From an uncultured Actinomycetes bacterium (lineage in GTDB: Bacteria; Actinomycetota; Thermoleophilia; UBA2241), in NCBI GenBank assembly GCA_963709345.1, contig CAVPVX010000010.1, positions 128,001-192,000 of the forward strand: DNA of 64,000 bases. The letters are read 5' to 3'. Shown one piece after another: positions 15,700 through 26,341 of this stretch (position 1 is the first letter of the stretch; each line of letters starts with the position of its first letter). Position numbers and translations under genes: made by a program. The notes beneath the pieces were generated by a model, which had not been told where the DNA came from, ran no database searches, and worked only from the letters and a program-made list of their open reading frames with translations.

Positions 15700-17645
15700 G
15701 CCTGTATCGCCGCGACCTCTCCCGGGCGGCGCTGGGCGCCGTTGCGCTCTTCGCCATCGTCGCTGCGGTCACGCTCGTCTACGGCTCGTTCGGCGGCTCG
15801 CAGGCGAATGTGGCGATCGTGCTGCTGATCAACCTCATCATCGTGCTCGGCCTGCAGATCTTCGCTGGCAACTCGGGCGTCCTCACGCTGGCTCACGTCT
15901 CGTTCGCGGGCATCGCCGCCTACGCGTCCGCGATCCTTAGCACGCCGGCTCTCGTCAAGGGCACGATCATCGCCGGCGCGCCGCTCGGCCTCGCCGAGGT
16001 GCAGTTGCCGGTGCCGCTGGCGATGCTCGCCGCCATCGTCCTGACGACGGCTCTGGCGGCGCTGATCGGCCTGGCTCTCGCGCGGCTCTCCGGGATCAGC
16101 GCCACCATCGTCACGCTCGCGCTGGTGATCGTCGTGTTCGCCGTGCTGACCAACTGGAAGAGCGTCACCGGCGGCGCCGAGGCCTTCTACGGTATCCCCT
16201 CCACGACCACGCTGGGGTGGGCGCTGGCTGCGGCCTTCGCGGCGCTGCTGATCGCTCGGCTCTTCAAGGCCTCGAAGCTCGGGCTGCGCGTGCAGTCCAC
16301 GCGCGAGGACGCCGTTGCGGCGGCTGCGTGCGGTGTGCAGGTCGTCCGCTCACGGTACTGGTCGTGGGTGCTCAGCTGCGCCGTGTGCGCCCTGGGCGGC
16401 GTGCTCATGGCGCACTTCCTCGGGGCCATCAGCCCCGCGGGCTTCTACTTCCCGCTGCTCTTCCTCACGCTGTCGATGCTGGTCCTTGGCGGGGAATACA
16501 GCGTCACCGGAGCGGTGGTCGGCACGTTTCTCATCACCATCATGGCGGAGGCCACACGCTTTCTCGGCGACGGCCCCGTCATCCTCGGCTGGCAGGTGCC
16601 GGCGCTGGCGGGTCTGTCGCTGCTCAGCCAGGGCGCGATCATCATCATCGTGATGATCTGGCGGCCGACCGGGCTTCTCGGAGACCGTGAGATCGACGGG
16701 CTGTTCCCGCGGCGCGCGCTCCGTGCTCGCACGGATGCCGGAGCAGAGCGCGCGGATGCTGCGGCCGCCGCACGCGCCTTCGGCGCACGCGGCGCGGAAG
16801 TACCTGCCGCGGGTGCACCCGCGGCGTCGCCCTCGGCGACCACCCGCCCGATCACGCTCATCGTCAAGCACGCGTGCAAGCATTTCGCCGGCCTGACCGC
16901 GCTCGAGGACGTGTCGCTGGAGGTCCAGACCGGCGAGATCGTCGGGCTGATCGGGCCGAACGGCGCGGGCAAGACCACGCTGCTCAACCTCGTGTCCGGT
17001 CTGTACGAGGCGACCGAGGGCGAGATGACCCTGGACGGAGTCTCGCTGGACCGGGTCTCCCCGCACCGCATCGCGCGCCTCGGCATGGCGCGCACCTTCC
17101 AGACGACGCGCCTGTTCCGCGAGCTCACCGTGGATCAGAACATCGAGGTCGCGGTTTCGGTGGCGCATCGTCACCGGCCGGAGGCTGCACGGCCCGCCGG
17201 CGACATCCTCGCGCAGTTCGGGTTCGAGGACATCGCCGAGCGAAAGGCCGGGGTGCTGCCCTACGGCCGCCAGCGCGAGGTCGAGATCGCTCGTGCCGTC
17301 GCCCTTTCGCCCTCGATCCTCCTGCTCGACGAGCCGGCGGCGGGCCTCAACGACGAGGAGTCGATGGAGCTCGTTCACGCCGTGCGCACGATCCGCGACC
17401 GCGCCGGCTGCGGAGTGCTGCTCATCGACCACGACCTGCACTTCGTGATGGCGCTCTGCGAGCGCATCTACGTACTCGACGCCGGGCGTGTCATCGCCGC
17501 GGGGACTCCCGCGGAGGTCCAGTCCGACCCACTCGTCGTCGAGGCCTACCTGGGGACGCGCGAGGTCCGGCGGCCTCGCGCTTCGCCGGCCGACGCATCC
17601 GCAGCGCCGCGGACGGGTGCCGGCGACCTCGGCGTGACGACATGA
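15696..17645 (+). CDS. Fused LivM-type permease + LivG-type ATPase
   Basis: GTGA overlap start. TM domain with SG.L.LAH..F.G and TGGAEAF, then GLIGPNGAGKTT, LPYGRQR, LLDEPAAG, PAEVQSDP.V.EAYLG. Confidence 0.88.
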   Translation: MSLYRRDLSRAALGAVALFAIVAAVTLVYGSFGGSQANVAIVLLINLIIVLGLQIFAGNSGVLTLAHVSFAGIAAYASAILSTPALVKGTIIAGAPLGLAEVQLPVPLAMLAAIVLTTALAALIGLALARLSGISATIVTLALVIVVFAVLTNWKSVTGGAEAFYGIPSTTTLGWALAAAFAALLIARLFKASKLGLRVQSTREDAVAAAACGVQVVRSRYWSWVLSCAVCALGGVLMAHFLGAISPAGFYFPLLFLTLSMLVLGGEYSVTGAVVGTFLITIMAEATRFLGDGPVILGWQVPALAGLSLLSQGAIIIIVMIWRPTGLLGDREIDGLFPRRALRARTDAGAERADAAAAARAFGARGAEVPAAGAPAASPSATTRPITLIVKHACKHFAGLTALEDVSLEVQTGEIVGLIGPNGAGKTTLLNLVSGLYEATEGEMTLDGVSLDRVSPHRIARLGMARTFQTTRLFRELTVDQNIEVAVSVAHRHRPEAARPAGDILAQFGFEDIAERKAGVLPYGRQREVEIARAVALSPSILLLDEPAAGLNDEESMELVHAVRTIRDRAGCGVLLIDHDLHFVMALCERIYVLDAGRVIAAGTPAEVQSDPLVVEAYLGTREVRRPRASPADASAAPRTGAGDLGVTT

Positions 17646-17655
17646 CGACGACCAC

Positions 17656-17684
17656 CGCCCGGCGACGACGGTCGTCGCCGGGCG
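17656..17684 (+). other. Perfect 14-bp inverted repeat upstream of the binding-protein gene
   Basis: cgcccggcgacgac-g-gtcgtcgccgggcg. Likely an mRNA-stabilising or processing hairpin. Confidence 0.55.
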
Positions 17685-17749
17685 AGACGAACATGACTGT
17701 AGAGTGAGACGATCTTGACGACAAAGAGACCGGCGAACAGGGGGATATC

Positions 17750-18951
17750 GTGAGAAGAAGCAAGCGGATAGGGACGATCGTCATCGTCCTCGCGCTGGCC
17801 GTCACGGCGGCGACCGGCGCGCTGGCCTGCGGCGGGTCGGGCGACGAGGGTGACGGATCCTCGAGCGAGAAGATCGTCATCGGCGCCGCCCTCGGGCTCG
17901 TCGGCGACGCGGCGCCCGGCGACGTGCCCGCCTCCGAGGCGATGAAGTACGAGGTGGCGCAGATCAACGAAGCGGGCGGTATCGACGGCAGGCAAGTCGA
18001 GCTGATCGTCAAGGACATGAAGAGCGACCCGGCTCTCGGCGGCACCGTGACCCAGGAGCTTCTCGACGCCGGCGCGCAGGTCATCATCGCCCCGGCTTTC
18101 CCGGGCATGGGTGCCGGAGTGGTACAGACGGCGGCCAAGGCCGGCGTGCCGGTGCTCAGCGCGACGTCCACGCAGCCCGAGTACGTCGTCGTCGGCGGCA
18201 GCAAGGCCTATCTGGTCGCCTTCGGCGACAACGTGCAGGCCGCGGCATCCGCCGAGTACGCGCTCGGGCAGGGCTTCAAGACCGCCTACACGCTCACCTC
18301 GCCGGATCTCTCCTACACCGAGCTCGCTGCCCAAGTTCTTCACGGAGGCGTTCAAGAACGGCGGCGGCACGACCATCGGCGACGCCGCGTTCAGCATCGG
18401 CCAGCAGGACTTCGCCGCCCAGGTGACCAAGATCCAGGCGCTCGACCCGCAGCCCGACGTCATCTACACGAGCATGTTCCCGCCGGACGTCGGCGTGCTG
18501 GTACGCCAGCTGCGCAGCGCCGGCGTCAAGGCTCCGCTCTACGGCGCCGACGGCTGCGACCAGCAGGCGCTGATCGACCTTGCGGGGAAGGACGCCAACG
18601 GGATCGTCTTCACGACGCACGGCTTCCCCACCCCGGGCGGGACGTTCGAGGAGTTCATGACCGGCCTCACGGAGTTCCAGGGTAAGGCCCCCGGAGGCTC
18701 CGGCGCTGGCCGCGCTCGGCGGCGACGCGATGCTCGTCGTCCAGGCTGCCATCGTGGCGGCGGGGAGCACCGACCCGAAGGCCATCGCCGACGCGCTTGC
18801 GAACCTGGAGAACGTCGAGGTCGTGAACGGCGCGATCACCTACGCCGGGACCAACGGCGTGCCGTCCAAGACCGTGGCCATGGTGGAGATCGAAGACGGC
18901 CAGTTCGTCTTCAAGGAGACCATCACGCCTTCGTTCATCCCCGAGCCGTGA
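17750..18951 (+). pseudogene. Liv-type ABC substrate-binding lipoprotein, broken by two +1 frameshifts (about 18323 and 18690); possibly sequencing errors
   Basis: Lipobox ALAC and INEAGGIDGRQVEL. Homology continues in the next frame (SLPKFF...QQDFAAQVTKI) and then a third frame (EAPALAALGGDA...ITPSFIPEP). Confidence 0.8.
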
Positions 18952-18995
18952 CCGCCGGCGCGTGAACCGCGAGGGCGATGGGTGAACGGGATGCC

Positions 18996-19794
18996 ATGAC
19001 GGAACGGCAGGCAGCATCTGAGCCGGGTCCGGCGACCGGCGCGGCCATGCCGCGCGGTCGCCGGGACCCCGGCTCCGTCCTGCTCTCGGTCGAGGGCCTC
19101 GTGGTCAAGTACGGAGGCATCGAGGCCCTGCACGGTATCTCGCTGCACGTGACCGCCGGTGAGATCGTCGGCGCTCCTCGGCCCCAACGGGGCGGGCAAG
19201 TCGTCGGCGCTGAACGGCATCATCGGACTGGTGCGGACCGCCGCCGGCCGCATCGCCTTCGAGGGTCGGGACATCACCGGCCGCGAGACCGAGAGCATCG
19301 TGCGCGGCGGTCTCGCACTGGTGCCCGAGCGTCGCCGCCTGTTCGGCCGCCTGAGCGTCCGCGACAATCTCCTGCTGGGCGGCGCGTCTCGCGGCGACAA
19401 GGCTGCGGCACGGCAGGACCTGGAGCGTGTCCTGAGCCTGTTCCCCGTGCTCGGCGACCGGCTCGACCAGCTCGCCGGCCTGCTCTCCGGCGGCGAGGCC
19501 CAGCAGCTGGCCATCGCCCGGGCGGTCATGTCCGGGCCGCGGCTGCTGCTGCTCGACGAGCCGTCGCTGGGACTGGCGCCGCTGCTGGTCGACAGGGTCT
19601 TCGAGCTGGTGCAGACCTTGCGTGACGAGGGGCTCACGATCCTCATCGTCGAGCAGAACGCCTATCAGGTTCTCGAGTTCGCGGATCGCGCCTACGTGCT
19701 GCGCAACGGCTCGATCGTCGACGAAGGCACGGGTCGGGAGCTTCTGGCGCGAGAGGACCTCCATGCGCAGTATCTCGGGTCGAGCGCCGGGTAG
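18996..19794 (+). pseudogene. livF: LivF-type ABC ATPase with one +1 frameshift at about 19170
   Basis: LSVEGLVVKYGGIEALHGISL...GEIV then ALLGPNGAGKS in the next frame, LSGGEAQQLA, LLDEPSLGLAP. Confidence 0.82.
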
Positions 19795-19827
19795 GCCGGG
19801 CGCTTCTAGTGGAAGGGTGAGCAGAAC

Positions 19828-20383
19828 ATGGAGACGGTGAGCGGATCGGGAGAGCGTATCTCCCTGTCGGTCAACGGCGCCCGGCACAGCTACGTGCTCG
19901 GCCACGACCTGCTGGGGACCGAGACACTGGCCGAGGTGCTGCGCGAGCGCATCGGCCTCACCGGGCTCAAGGTCGCCTGCGGACGAGGGCGCCTGCGGCG
20001 CCTGCACGGTGATGATGGACGGCCGGGCCGTCCTCTCCTGCATGGTCCTGGCGATCGAGGCGGCCGGGCACGAGGTGCTCACCATCGAGGGACTCGACGA
20101 CGACGACCCCGTGATCCAGGCGTTTGCCTGCCAGTGCGAGCCCGGGCACGGCACGGCTCTGCAGTGCGGCTATTGCACCCCGGGCGCCGTGATGACGGCC
20201 AAGGCCTTCTTGAGCGAGAACCCGGATCCCACACTGGACGAGGTGCGCGAGGCCCTCGCGGGCAACCTCTGCCGCTGCGGCTGCTACCAGGGCATCGCCC
20301 AGGCGGTGTTGAACGCGGCGGCGACGATGCGCGAGCGGCGGGCCTTCGAGGCGCCGCTCGCCGCGGGCAGAGCCGAGTCGTGA
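19828..20383 (+). pseudogene. [2Fe-2S] subunit of a xanthine dehydrogenase / CoxS family enzyme, +1 frameshift at about 19982
   Basis: LRERIGLTGLKVAC then DEGACGACTVMMDG..LSC in the next frame, QCGYCTPG, GNLCRC. Confidence 0.85.
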
Positions 20384-22840
20384 CCCGCCCCTTCGTGCCT
20401 CGCGAGCCGCACCGGTACGTCGGGACGTACCGCCCCAGGGTCGACGCTCTCGAAAAGGCGAGCGGCCGGGCCGAGTACCTCGACGACATTGCTCTCGGCG
20501 CCAAGCTTCCCGGGCATGCTGCACGCCAAGGTGCTGCGCAGCCCGTACCCGCATGCCCGCATTCTGAGCATGGACACGACTGAGGCCGAGGCTCTGCCCG
20601 GCGTGCACTGCGTGCTCACCTACGCCGACCCCGAGGTCGCGGCCCTCAAGCCGACCACGAACGCCTGGACGAGCATGAACACGGCCGGGTACCGGCAGAT
20701 GTACTGGCCCAGCCTGCGCGACCGGCGCGTGCTCAGCGACCACGTCACCTGGGCCGGCGACGAGGCCGGCGCGGTCGTGGCCGCGGAGACCGAGGCGATC
20801 GCCGACGAGGCGCTGCGCCTCATCGAGGTCGAGTGGGAGGAGCTGCCGTTCGCGCTGCGGCCGCAGGACGCTCTCGCCGAGGACGCACCGCTCATCCACC
20901 CCGAGATCAACTCGGCGAGCAACCTCTTCCCGGTGGCCGAGGACACGCAGGAGGACGTCTTCTACGAGCGCGGCGACGTCGCCGCGGGGTTTGCCGCCGC
21001 CGACGTGGTCGTCGAGGTCACGGCGCGGCACCATCGCGCCGACCACGGCTGCCTCGACACGCGCGGCTGCCTGGTGCGCTGGCAGGGCGGCAAGCTGACC
21101 TGCTGGACCAACCTGTACCAGGCGGACCAGACGCGCATGCACATCGCCGAGATGCTGGACCTGCCGCTCAACAAGGTGCGCGTGATCTGCCCCTACGTGG
21201 GCGGCTCGTTCGGGCGCGGCAACGTCGGCGACCAGATCTTCTTCATCTTCACCGCCATCCTGGCCCGGCGTACCGGCCGCCCCGTGCGCTTCAAGCACAC
21301 GCGGCGCGAGGACTTCCACGACACGCGCAACGCCATCGACTACGCGATGCGAGTCGGCGCCACCAGCGACGGCCGCATGACCGCGCTGGCGACCCACGCC
21401 ATCGGCGACGCCGGCGCGTACGCCGAGCACACGCACGCGGCCGTGAAGATGGTGCTCGAGCTCGACGCTCTCGAGGTGCTGCTGCCGCGGATCCCCGCCG
21501 TCGAGCTCAAGGGCCACTCGGTGTACACGAACACCATCCCGGGCGGCTGCATGCGCGGCATCGGCAACATCCAGTTCAACCTGGCCATGGGGCTGGCCGT
21601 GGACGAGCTCGCCGAGCGGCTCGGCCTCGATCCCATCGATGTCGCCGTGAGCAACTTCAGTCACGAGTGGGAGGCGCCGCCCAACAAGAGCCTGCAGGCC
21701 GTTCTGGCCGCCGGCGCCGAGCGCATCGGCTGGGAGCGCCGCGGGGAGCCCGGCGCCGCTCAGCCAGGCCCCGACGGCAAGTGCCGCGGCATCGGCTTCT
21801 CGTTCCACCACGCTTGGCACGCCGCCTGGCAGGAGGAGCCTCGCGGGCGCGTGCAGGTGGGCGTCAAGCTCAATCCCGACGGCACGGTGATCCTGCAGGC
21901 CTCTCAGGTCGAGACCGGTGTGGGCTCCAACACCTGCGCCGTACTCGCCTGCGCCGAGGCGCTCGACTTCCTCGGCGTGACCGCGGACGACGTGGAGTGG
22001 ATCTCCCCGACGGACACGGAGACCGGGCTCAAGGACATGGTGCAGACGGACAGCGCCGTGTCGTACCTGCACGCCGAGGTCATGGCGCAGGCGGCGCGGG
22101 AGCTCAAGGTCCAGGTGTGCGCCGCCGCCGCCGCGGAGCTCGGGGTCGCCGCCGGGGACGTCGACGTCCGCGGCGGCGTCATCTTCGTCGGCGGCGCCGA
22201 CAGCGGCAAGGCGGTGACCGACATCCTGCAGGCCGGCGACATGCTGCCCCTGCACGTCACGGTCACCGACCATCTTCCCCTGGAGAAGACGGGCGCCCCG
22301 TACCTTGCTTCGTTCGCCGAGGTCGAGGTCGACACCGGGACGGGCAAGGTCGACGTCCTGCGGCTCGTCGTCGTCCACGACGCCGGCACGGTGATGTTCC
22401 CGCCGGGCGCCGAGGCGCAACAGATCGGCGCCCAGGTCCAGGCCATCGGCGAGGCGCTGTACGAAGAAGTCGTGTACGACGAGGCGAGCGGGCAGCCGCT
22501 CTCGTTCGACTGGGTCGGCTACACCATGCCGACGATGCTCGACATGCCCACGGTCGAGCCGGTGCTCCTCGAGGTGTGGAAGGGCGCTGGGGAGTACGGC
22601 GCCTGCGGCATCGGCGAGTCGGCCATCACCTGCACGCCACGGGCGATCCTGAACGCCGTCTACAACGCCACCGGCGTGCGCATCAACGAGATCCCCGCCA
22701 AGCCGGAGAAGGTACTAGAGGCGTTGGGTCGCAAGGAGCGGAATGAGGTCGCCGTAGACGAGGAGCTGAACGTGGAGGTCCACGGGCGCCTGGATGCCGC
22801 CGTGAGCCTGAGCGAAGCCGGCGGGCAGGTGGCGCCGTGA
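20380..22840 (+). CDS. Molybdopterin-binding large subunit, xanthine dehydrogenase / aldehyde oxidoreductase family; +1 frameshift at about 20510 near the N-terminus
   Basis: RVDALEKASGRAEYLDD in the first frame, then PGMLHAKVLRSPYPHARI, YVGGSFG, MRGIG, ETGVG, VHDAG, GACGIGE (catalytic Glu). Confidence 0.88.
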
Positions 22841-25221
22841 GCTTCTCGCATCGCAGCGCCGGCACCCCCGAGCATGCGGCGGAGCTCCTCGCCGAGTCTC
22901 CCGGCGCGGCGAGGATCGTCGCCGGAGGCACCGACCTGCTCGGCGTCATCAAGGACCATGTCCACTCGCAGTCGCCCGAGGTGCTGGTCGACCTCAAGAC
23001 CGCCGCGGGGCTTGACGCCGTTGTCGAGAGGGACGGCGGCGTCGCCGTCGGCGGCCTCGTGCGCCTCAGCGACCTCGAGCGTGACCCGCTGGTGCGCGAG
23101 CGCTACCCGGCGCTCGCGGCGGCGGCCCACGCCGTGGCTTCGCCGCAGGTGCGCAACATGGGCACCGTCGGCGGCAACATCTGCCAGGAGCCGCGGTGCT
23201 GGTACTACCGCGCCCCTGAGAACACCTTCGATTGCACGCGCAAGGGCGGCCGCTACTGCAACGCCTTCACCGGCGACAGCCGCTTTCACTCAATCGCCGG
23301 CTCGATGCGAGTCGACACGCGGCCCTGCACGGCCGCCTGCCCGGGTGGCGTCGAGATCCCCGAGTACATGGATCTGCTGCGCGCCGGCGACGTCGACGGA
23401 GCCGCACGGCGCCTTCTCGCGCGCAACCCCTTGCCGGCGGTGACGGGGCGTGTGTGCCCGCACACCTGCGAGGACGACTGCAACCGGGGTCTCTTCGACG
23501 AGGCGGTCTCGGTGCGCGACGTGGAGCGCTTCCTGGGGGACCACGTCCTCGAGCACCCGGAGCTCCTCGGCGGCGGCCTGCCGGACACCGGCAAGGGCGT
23601 CGCCGTCGTCGGCTCCGGCCCGGCGGGGCTGTCGGCCGCTCACTACCTGAGGCTGAAGGGCCACCGTGTGACCGTCTTCGAGCGCGCCGACCGTCCTGGC
23701 GGGATGCTGCGCTACGGCATTCCGGCCTATCGCCTGTCGCGGCAGGTGGTGGACCGCTCCGTCGCACTGCTCGAGGATCTCGGCGTCGAGTTCCGCTGCG
23801 GCGTCGCCCTCGGTGAGTCGCTCACCGTGGATGCCCTCCGCGCCGACTTCGACAGGGTCTTCGTCGCCACCGGCGCCTGGGGGCTGCCGCGCATCGGCCT
23901 CGAGGCCGAGGACGAGCTCCTCACCGGCCTCGACTTCCTCACGGCCGTCGCGGGCGGCGACCGGCGGGTGCCCGGGCCTCGCGTCCTGGTCATCGGTGGC
24001 GGCAGCGTGGCGATGGACGTAGCCGTGACGGCCCGGCGCCTCGGCGCCGAGCGCGTCACGGTAGCGTGCCTCGAGACCTGCGACGAGATGCCGGCTCTGC
24101 TGGAAGAAGTCGAGGAGGCGCTCGCCGAGGGGATCGAGCTGGCCCCGTCGTGCGGGCCCTCGCGGGTGTTGCGGCGAGACGGCCGCATCGTGGGTCTGGA
24201 GGTCGTGGCCTGCACCTCCGTGTTCGACGACCAGGCGTGCTTTGCGCCGACGTTCGATGAGAGCCTGCGAGACACGGTCGAGGCCGACGAAGTCATTCTC
24301 GCCGTCGGCCAACGGGTGGAGGCGGAGACGCTGGCCGCAGCCGGGCTGACGCTCGACGGCGGCCGTCTCGTGGCCGATCCAGAGACACAGGCAGCCGCGG
24401 CCGATCGCGTCTTTGCCGGCGGTGATGTGGCGACCGGTCCGGCGACGGTGATCGCGGCGATCGGCGCCGGGAGGCGTGCCGCCGCGGCGATCCACGCCGA
24501 GCTGTCGGGAACGGCGTCCGAGGGGGCGGCCGATGTGGTGGCCGAGGCAGGACAGGCCTTCCAGCACTTCGACGCCGGCTGCACGACTCCATCGGCGCGC
24601 CTCTCCGGCGTGCCGGCGTCCGTCGCCGAGCGCAGCCTTGTCGAGGAGGACTGCCGTACGGTCCCGGGTTCTGCCGCCGTGCGCGAGGCCGCCCGTTGCT
24701 TCAACTGCGGGTGCGTCGCGGTCAGCCCGTCCGATCTGGCTCCCGTCCTCGTGGCGCTCGACGCCACCGTCGTGACGACCGTCCGGGAGCTGCCTGCGGC
24801 GGCCTTCTTTGCGGCGACACGGGCATCGTCCACGGTCCTCGGCGACGACGAGGTCGTGACGGAGGTGCGTCTGCCGCCGCCCGCCGCCGGGACGCGCACC
24901 GCCTTCGACAAGTTCCGCCTGCGGAACGCCATCGACTTCCCCATCCTCTCGGTGGCGATCTCGCTCGTGGTGCGGGACGGCGTGGTCGGGGATGCGCGCG
25001 TCGTGCTGGGCGCCGCAGCCCCGATCCCCTTGCGCGCGCCGCTCGTCGAGCGCGCGCTCGAGGGTCTCGAGGCGTCATCCGCCGGGTTCGGCCCGGCCGC
25101 TCGCGCCGCCGCGACGGAGTGGGCGGCGGGCTGCCTGCCGCTGGCCCCGAACGCGTACAAGCTGAAGATCGCGACGACGCTGATCGGCCGCGCCGTGGAG
25201 AGAGCCGCGAGCGCCTGCTGA
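22837..25221 (+). CDS. FAD-binding subunit (CoxM / PaoB / HcrB-like) with an inserted GltD/NfnB-type Fe-S flavoprotein domain
   Basis: AGGTDLL, ASPQVRNMGTVGGN, CWYYR..C..C; then PCTAACP, TGRVCPHTCE..C, VGSGPAG, GGMLRYGIP, IGGGSVAMD, FAGGD, RCFNC; then CVAVSPSDLAP..ALDA and KFRLRNAIDF. Confidence 0.88.
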   Translation: MSFSHRSAGTPEHAAELLAESPGAARIVAGGTDLLGVIKDHVHSQSPEVLVDLKTAAGLDAVVERDGGVAVGGLVRLSDLERDPLVRERYPALAAAAHAVASPQVRNMGTVGGNICQEPRCWYYRAPENTFDCTRKGGRYCNAFTGDSRFHSIAGSMRVDTRPCTAACPGGVEIPEYMDLLRAGDVDGAARRLLARNPLPAVTGRVCPHTCEDDCNRGLFDEAVSVRDVERFLGDHVLEHPELLGGGLPDTGKGVAVVGSGPAGLSAAHYLRLKGHRVTVFERADRPGGMLRYGIPAYRLSRQVVDRSVALLEDLGVEFRCGVALGESLTVDALRADFDRVFVATGAWGLPRIGLEAEDELLTGLDFLTAVAGGDRRVPGPRVLVIGGGSVAMDVAVTARRLGAERVTVACLETCDEMPALLEEVEEALAEGIELAPSCGPSRVLRRDGRIVGLEVVACTSVFDDQACFAPTFDESLRDTVEADEVILAVGQRVEAETLAAAGLTLDGGRLVADPETQAAAADRVFAGGDVATGPATVIAAIGAGRRAAAAIHAELSGTASEGAADVVAEAGQAFQHFDAGCTTPSARLSGVPASVAERSLVEEDCRTVPGSAAVREAARCFNCGCVAVSPSDLAPVLVALDATVVTTVRELPAAAFFAATRASSTVLGDDEVVTEVRLPPPAAGTRTAFDKFRLRNAIDFPILSVAISLVVRDGVVGDARVVLGAAAPIPLRAPLVERALEGLEASSAGFGPAARAAATEWAAGCLPLAPNAYKLKIATTLIGRAVERAASAC

Positions 25222-25264
25222 CCCGCACGGGCGCTCCTTCAGAGCGCCGTGACGTGCGCTGCCG

Positions 25265-26341
25265 TCAGCGCGTTCGGTAGAGGTGCAGGAGGTCGGCGTA
25301 GACGCCGTAGGCCGTCTGCGGCACGAGGCCGTGACGCTCGCTGACGACGACGTCGGCCATGAGGTCGGTGTGCAGGACGGCGCCGAGCGACTCCCCGGTC
25401 AGCGCCGCGAGCGGGTGCTCGATGTCGAGTTCGCGGGCGCGCAGGCGGGCGCGCACGCACCCGGCCTCATCGCGCCACACGCTGGTGACCAGACGAAGCC
25501 TGCGCCCGTCGGCGCGGGCCCGCAGGATGCGTTCGAGCGGCACATCGTGCAGCCGCTCGCGGTCCACATCCGCCGGCGTGATCTCGGCGTCCATGGCCAC
25601 GTTGGCCAGCGCCGCCGCCTTGCTGGCCGCGTCCCAGCCGTCGAGGTCGTTGGACGGGTCGGCCTCCGCGTACCCGTCCGCCTGGGCGCTCGCGAGAGCG
25701 TCACCGAGGTCGCGGCCTGTCCCCATCTCATCGACGATGAAGTTGGTCGTCGCGTTGAACACGGCGTCGAAGCCGAGCAGCGTGCAGTCCGGCAGGGTGT
25801 ATTCGAGGAGGCTGAACACGGGCAGGCCGTCCATGACGGTGCTCTCGAAGCGGATGCGGCGGCCGCTTGCGGCGGCCGCCGGCGAGACCTCGGGCCAGCT
25901 CCAGGCGATCGGTCCTTTGTTGGCGGTGACGACATCCATGCCGAGGCGGAACGCCTCGAGGGCGTGCGCGGTGGCGGCGGGGACGAAGGTCGTCTCGCCG
26001 CCCGCGACTCCGGAGAGGTCGCCCATCACGGTGAGCTCCACGAGCACGTCCGCTCCGGACGCGGCGAGGAGCTCGGCGGCCGGCAGAGGCGCCTGCGGCG
26101 GGGCCGGCCGTTCGCCCACCTCCGCGAGCACGGCCGCGGGGCTCAGCCCCGCCGGCGCCAGCAGACTGCCGTGACGGGTGCCGGCGGCGGTGATCAGGAC
26201 GCGTAGGCCGTGGCGCTCGGCGAGCACACGTTCCTGGTGTGCGAGCAGCTCGCAGAACGCCCGCGCGACGCTGCCGAATCCGAGCAGGCACAGGCGCACG
26301 TCGCGCGGCGCGCCGGCCGGCGTGGCGGGGCCGGCGCTCAT
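25265..26341 (-). CDS. Homoserine dehydrogenase family protein
   Basis: LLGFGSVA, VVTANKGP, FESTVMDGLP, NATTNFI, GYAEADPSND.DGWDAA.K. Confidence 0.88.
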   Translation of the reverse strand: MSAGPATPAGAPRDVRLCLLGFGSVARAFCELLAHQERVLAERHGLRVLITAAGTRHGSLLAPAGLSPAAVLAEVGERPAPPQAPLPAAELLAASGADVLVELTVMGDLSGVAGGETTFVPAATAHALEAFRLGMDVVTANKGPIAWSWPEVSPAAAASGRRIRFESTVMDGLPVFSLLEYTLPDCTLLGFDAVFNATTNFIVDEMGTGRDLGDALASAQADGYAEADPSNDLDGWDAASKAAALANVAMDAEITPADVDRERLHDVPLERILRARADGRRLRLVTSVWRDEAGCVRARLRARELDIEHPLAALTGESLGAVLHTDLMADVVVSERHGLVPQTAYGVYADLLHLYRTR

